NCBI GenBank assembly: GCA_012295275.1
Contig: CM022669.1
Span: 868,001 to 932,000 of the forward strand
DNA length: 64,000 bases
Direction: 5' to 3'
Source: Chrysomallon squamiferum
Lineage: Eukaryota > Animalia > Mollusca
The notes below the pieces were generated by a model. That model was given only the letters and a program-made list of their open reading frames with translations. It ran no database searches and was not told the DNA's origin. Below, in pieces: positions 58,340 to 64,000 of this stretch. Both the position numbers and the translations under genes were made by a program. Every line of letters begins with the position of its first letter. Within the stretch, counting starts at the first letter, position 1.

Positions 58340-58775
58340 GCAGTGTGTTTGAATATAATATTGTCTTTTAAGAATGTTGTAAACTGCTAACAGTGTTTCT
58401 GTGGAAAGGTTAGACATAACGATGTACGATGAAATAGCAGTGTGTTTGAATATAATATTGTCTTTTAAGAATGTTGTAAACTTTTAACAGTGTTTCTGTG
58501 GAAAGGTTAGACATAACGATATGCCGGTATGTACGATGAAATAGCAGTGCATTTGAAAAGAGGTGGTGATATAGCAATATATTTAAAAAGACATGATGAT
58601 ACAGCTGTCTGTTTGATAACATGAAATGATAAAGCTGTGTGTTTTATAAGAAGTGATGATAAACCTGAGTTTGATAAGAAGTGATGATAAAACTGTGTGT
58701 TTTATAAGAAGTGATGATAAACCTGTGTGTTTCATAAGAAGTGATGATAAAACTGTGTGTTTTATAAGAAGCGAT
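58340..58775. repeat. 97-bp duplication followed by 30-bp tandem repeats
   Basis: gcagtgtgtttgaatataatattgtc... at 58340 and 58437; then ~5 copies of gataaaactgtgtgttttataagaagtgat. Confidence 0.85.
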
Positions 58776-59174
58776 GTACTTTCCAGAGAGTGCTGTTCGG
58801 TACTAGAACATGAGATGGTGGCGGTAAGGGTTCACGCTTATTTGTTACATTACTGTGTTAGCAGACCAATGACAGCGCAGTATTAACTTCCTAGTAACAC
58901 GAAACCACGTAGCTGCACAAGGACATCACAAAGTCACGTACACTGGCTTCTAATCGTTAGATGATCCACTGAAGGCTTCGAAGATTATTTTTCCACAATT
59001 TATAAAAGAAAATGTTTCATGTGTAGTTGGCCGATTTTTTATTTGTAAGACATTTTATTTACATTTTAGAAGAAAAACCCAAATAACAATTATAAATAAA
59101 TAATAATAAAATAAATTTAAAAAATTAAAATAAGGATTCTAAACTGATTTTATTTTTCCTTAATTAATCTGTTA

Positions 59175-59340
59175 GTTAATTTGTTCATTTTATTTTCATA
59201 TAGAAAGGAGTAGAGGTTAATTTGTTCATTTTATTTTCATATAGAAAGGAGTAGAGGTTAATTTGTTCATTTTATTTTCGTATAGGAAGGAGTAGAGGTT
59301 AATTTGTTCATTTTATTTTCATATAGGAAGGAGTAGAGGT
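59175..59340. repeat. 41-bp tandem repeat, 4 copies
   Basis: gttaatttgttcattttattttcatatag(a/g)aaggagtagag. Confidence 0.95.
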
Positions 59341-59551
59341 GTTTTATAAGTTCAAGCGCAGCCTTTTGTTTATTTGAAGAGTTCTTCTAGATCTAGCGAA
59401 TTTTGTAATCTAGTTATAATTTCAAAAGAACATCCGTCTTTTTTAGCTAAACATGATTTAGTTTAATACTGTTCTATTATCACAAGTAGTACGTTACATT
59501 TTACTTTAAACTGAGGTGATTTTTATTTTATTTTTTATTTTATTATTATTA

Positions 59552-59607
<56 letters not shown>

Positions 59608-59625
59608 AACCTGGAAATAAACCTG

Positions 59626-59698
59626 TCTGCAAGGAACAGAAGCTAAACGGTTTTCGAAAACACGTAATTGTATTGGATAAACTTCCTTCTTGGTGTAT
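59626..59698 (-). pseudogene. Older, more divergent LicD fragment
   Basis: [24 protein letters not shown] versus [24 protein letters not shown] in the intact copies, with many synonymous differences; flanked by an upstream stop and an (AAT)n tract. Confidence 0.8.
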
Positions 59699-59852
59699 GT
59701 CAATCATTCCCATCTTTATTTACCGTTTTCCTAATTTAAAATTAGTAACGCATCAAACTGCGTTAAAAATGTAATTTGACACATAAATACATAAATAAAG
59801 GATAAATAAAAATATGAATTAATTAATTAATAATTATAATTATAATTATTAC

Positions 59853-59922
<70 letters not shown>

Positions 59923-60279
59923 ACATCAACAACAACAACAACGACAGCAAACGACTTCAGGCAGTGTGCACAATATTTTTTTACTGTTATAGAACAGAAT
60001 TCTAATCGTCTGTTTATCTACATTTTTAATTAGGATAACAAAACAAGCCATTTTCTTTTTAAATTTTCTAACTTAGAAATATATGAAAACTGTGTATTTC
60101 ATTCCACTTTTAACACGAAACTGTTACAACTCTAGTTTCATTTACAATAATCCACATAACAAATAAACAAATAAATGGTTGAAAAAAATATTACTCCTTC
60201 ATTCGTCATTGAATAAAATATGATATAATCAATGTTAATTATCATTGAATAAAATATGATATAATCAATTATTAATTTA

Positions 60280-60621
<342 letters not shown>

Positions 60622-61652
60622 CTCTAATAGCTTTATGCTGTATAATAAGGAGCAATGTTATTTGTGAAAAATTCCAGACTAGCATCATCAGAGGCGTTAT
60701 TGTCTTCTATCAGACAAATTTTCACTGTAACTTTCTATTATTTATTTATGTATTTAATAATGATGATTGTGATGATGATAATTTCAATAACTAAAAATTT
60801 ACTGAAAGAAATTTTTCTAAACATAAAAACACAATCAAATTATGCATTTTTTATGGAAACCCATAAACGTCACAAACTGTATATTTTTTCCTAAACACAT
60901 AAACATCTAAACACGAAGAATCAAATTACACTTTTTTATTTAAGCCAATAAACCTCTAAATACAAACAATCAAACTAAACATGTTTTATCTAAATACATA
61001 AATTGTTAAACAAGAACAATCTAACTGTACGTTTTTATCTAAATACACAGACTTCTTAGCATTAATACACTATCAAATTGTCCTATTATCTGAACACAAA
61101 CGAATAAATTGTACATTTCTTTCTAAAGACATAAACTTCTAAACACGGACAATAAAATTTGTTATCTAAATACATAAACTTTAAACATAATTTATAAACC
61201 CTTCTTAACAAGGATTCAGTTGTAGCAAATATATTTTATCACGACTATTAAGTCATAAGTTAGGTACTTTTGTACTTCGATAAACAACCAGACTCTTAAG
61301 ACTTTATGAGACGACAAACTGGGCCATCCATTTCAGTGCTTTATGACAATTCTGAATGTTAGTTCAGCAGACAGAGTTTCAAGTGGAGGTAATTTAAGAT
61401 AAGTGCCTGCGTGTGACTACGCTATCAACACTTTTACGTTAATGTGGTAACTGATTTGTCTCACACACACACAACACACATATATCCATGTTTTCCTACA
61501 GAGCTAAATCAACGAATCAAGGAGATTTAGTAAACAAACTAATCAATAAATAATTAAATATAAAATAAAATAAAATAAAATAAAATGAACAAATAAATAA
61601 ATAAATATGAAAATTAAATAAAAATAATAATAATAATAACAACAACAACAAC

Positions 61653-61701
<49 letters not shown>

Positions 61702-62144
61702 TTAATATTAGTAATAATAATAATAAGATTAAAATAAAATAAAAAATACAATAAAATGAATAAAACATCGGTTCATCGGTTTCAGTGATCGAGACAGGTT
61801 TTAGTGCTTTATTACAAAGCTGAACCAATAAATCAAACAAAAAATAACAACATAAAATAAAATAAAATAAAATAAATAAATAAATAAGTAAATAAATAAA
61901 TAAAAATTAAATAATAATAATAATAATAATAATACCAACAACAACAATAAGAATAATCATAATATCAACACAGTATTAACACAAATTAAATATAGAAAAA
62001 ATTGAAAAAGATTTATTATTAACTAATCTTTCGTTATTTTCTATGGTGATTATACGTCCAGTCACATATACATATGAACGTCAAAACACTATCAAAGAGT
62101 TCATTTTTATCTAACCATACAGACGTTTGAATACCTCTTCCCAC

Positions 62145-62179
<35 letters not shown>

Positions 62180-62988
62180 ATTTATAACGTGAATATAGAT
62201 GATTACGGTTTATTTCATATCTATAAGCTGAATTTGAGAACTGAATGCAGTTTTATTTTTTGTTTTTAATAAAACATCAATGAAAAATTAACATTCGAAT
62301 AGTTAAGTTATAAACAGGCACGTTTTGACAAATTTACAGATTATTTAAGATTGACAGTTTGTTAATTATTTGATGCAATCAGTGACAGAAATTCGCCGTT
62401 GTCAGCTCAGCAAGCATCAACGTGTACAACATTTTTCACGGGAAACACAACAAATTCTACTTGATTTTAGAAACTGATATCTACATTTAATTAAAAACAT
62501 TTTACAAAACTTAACCTAGTTTAATTTTTCAACAGTCTGTTGTTATAACAATAATATTTTATTTCTTGTATTATTTTACTTTTTTAGACACAATCCTGGG
62601 GATTAAATTACAGCTAGCTCTGTCTGTTCTGCAATTTCTGATCTCTTTCTAACTAGGGTAATTTGATTAGCGACAAAATATATATTTCTGTACTAAAAGA
62701 TAATACAGAAAACCTGTAAGTTGTAAATATTATTCATAACTATTCAGAATAACTTTAATAGAAACTTACAAGGGAAAAAATACGTAATCTAATACAAATT
62801 ACTATCGGACTACAAAATCTTCTGTTACATGAAACTATTTTATAAAATAAACAGGAGATTCAATAGAAAATAGAGTTAATTCTTCAAACGCTCTTTATTG
62901 TGATTAGTTAATTAATTATGATATATTTTTATATAGTGTTTTTACTTACAAACTTAAGTAAAACAAAACAATATTCCGTGTACAAATG

Positions 62989-63930
62989 TTAAAGACATTT
63001 GTCAGAGACATGCACAGTTTTTAAAGTTTGATTTCCTAGTTTCAGTGACTCAGAAACAAATCCAGGACGGGTGTCTTTTTGTCTGAAAACAAAAGGGTAA
63101 ATTTCATATAACTGACTGCACGGAACAGAAAACTGCTTAATTCCTCTGTTCTCTCTGTGTAAATATCCTAACGATTGACAGTTTTCAATTCCGTAACGCT
63201 TTATAAAAATTGAAGTCTTACAAGGCGTTGGAACAAAACGATCTTCAAAGACACGTAACTGAATTGGGTACACTTCTTCTTTTTTATATACAAAACTTTT
63301 TATGTTTGAAAATAAACCAGAAATCTGTTTGTCATCTTCCTTAAAGAAGAATATATCGATAAAAGGATATTTATATGGTTGCCCACTCAAAGGTGGAAGA
63401 TCTTTCAGATAAAACTTCCACTGAAAGTTTTTAGGAGAATACAGGTCATATCCAGGAACACTTGATAAAACCTTTTTAACCTTTTCCAGATCAGTTTCAA
63501 TTATTATCACATCGATGTCGTCATCCCAAGGAACAACTCCATGATGTCTGTAAGCACCAACAAGAGATCCTTCCCAGAGTAAACATTTTAGATTTCCTTT
63601 CTTGCAGGCTTCGAAGAATTTGTCCATAGAAAGAAGCATCTGAGAGTGATCGTTTACGGAAAGTCTCGGCAAAAAATGTTTCAACAGTTCATTTCTTTCC
63701 AATTTGTCTTTTTGTGGAACATACCACATGGGCATTGCTTTTATCGAGTCTTTTGATGGAATATTTAAACTCTTTAATGAATAGCTGGTCTCAGGTAAAG
63801 TTTGATATTTGTTGAAGAATTTCTCGAGAATTTCATGTTTGTACTTCAGGGAAGTTATGTAAACGATAGAAAAAATACTCAAACAACCAACAGTTAGAAT
63901 AAAAAATAAGTATTTACTAAAATTAGCCAT
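62989..63930 (-). CDS. LicD/fukutin-related family phosphotransferase, type II membrane protein (copy 4, 313 aa)
   Basis: Intact ORF; TM YLFFILTVGCLSIFSIVYI; motifs WEGSLVGAYRHHGVVPWDDDIDV and YPFIDIFFF; the last ~60 nt are identical to copies 2 and 3. Confidence 0.93.
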   Translation of the reverse strand: MANFSKYLFFILTVGCLSIFSIVYITSLKYKHEILEKFFNKYQTLPETSYSLKSLNIPSKDSIKAMPMWYVPQKDKLERNELLKHFLPRLSVNDHSQMLLSMDKFFEACKKGNLKCLLWEGSLVGAYRHHGVVPWDDDIDVIIIETDLEKVKKVLSSVPGYDLYSPKNFQWKFYLKDLPPLSGQPYKYPFIDIFFFKEDDKQISGLFSNIKSFVYKKEEVYPIQLRVFEDRFVPTPCKTSIFIKRYGIENCQSLGYLHRENRGIKQFSVPCSQLYEIYPFVFRQKDTRPGFVSESLKLGNQTLKTVHVSDKCL

Positions 63931-63969
63931 TGTTGTAGATAAAAGGTTTAAAGTTGTTTTTCTTTTCTC

Positions 63970-64000
<31 letters not shown>

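Overview
This is an AT-rich, microsatellite-dense eukaryotic (animal) window; a lophotrochozoan such as a gastropod is my inference from composition and gene type, not something I can verify. The main feature is a cluster of LicD/fukutin/FKRP-family phosphoryl-ligand transferase genes. Four have intact, single-coding-exon ORFs of 307-313 aa encoding type II membrane proteins (33716-34639 +, 39792-40727 +, 42866-43801 +, 62989-63930 -), all with the motifs GSL(L/V)GAYRHHG(I/V)(I/V)PWDDD(I/L)DV and YPFIDIFF. At least five dead or 'ghost' copies accompany them: one with the ORF deleted (~41.4-42.2 kb), one internally deleted mini-gene (~49.1 kb) and three fragments (53.8, 56.4 and 59.7 kb). The paralogues look like patchworks produced by gene conversion, and copies 3 and 4 sit as a tail-to-tail inverted duplication. 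Also present: an internally deleted hAT (Buster/Charlie/SPIN-type) DNA transposon with TIRs and an imperfect 8-bp TSD, a ~600-bp foldback/MITE-like element, two ~3.2-3.3-kb minisatellite arrays (31-bp and 29-bp units), many smaller tandem repeats, local segmental duplications, and a candidate signal-peptide first exon at ~15 kb (-). Nearly all other ORFs in the supplied track are translations of microsatellites or minisatellites. All alignments and counts were done by eye.
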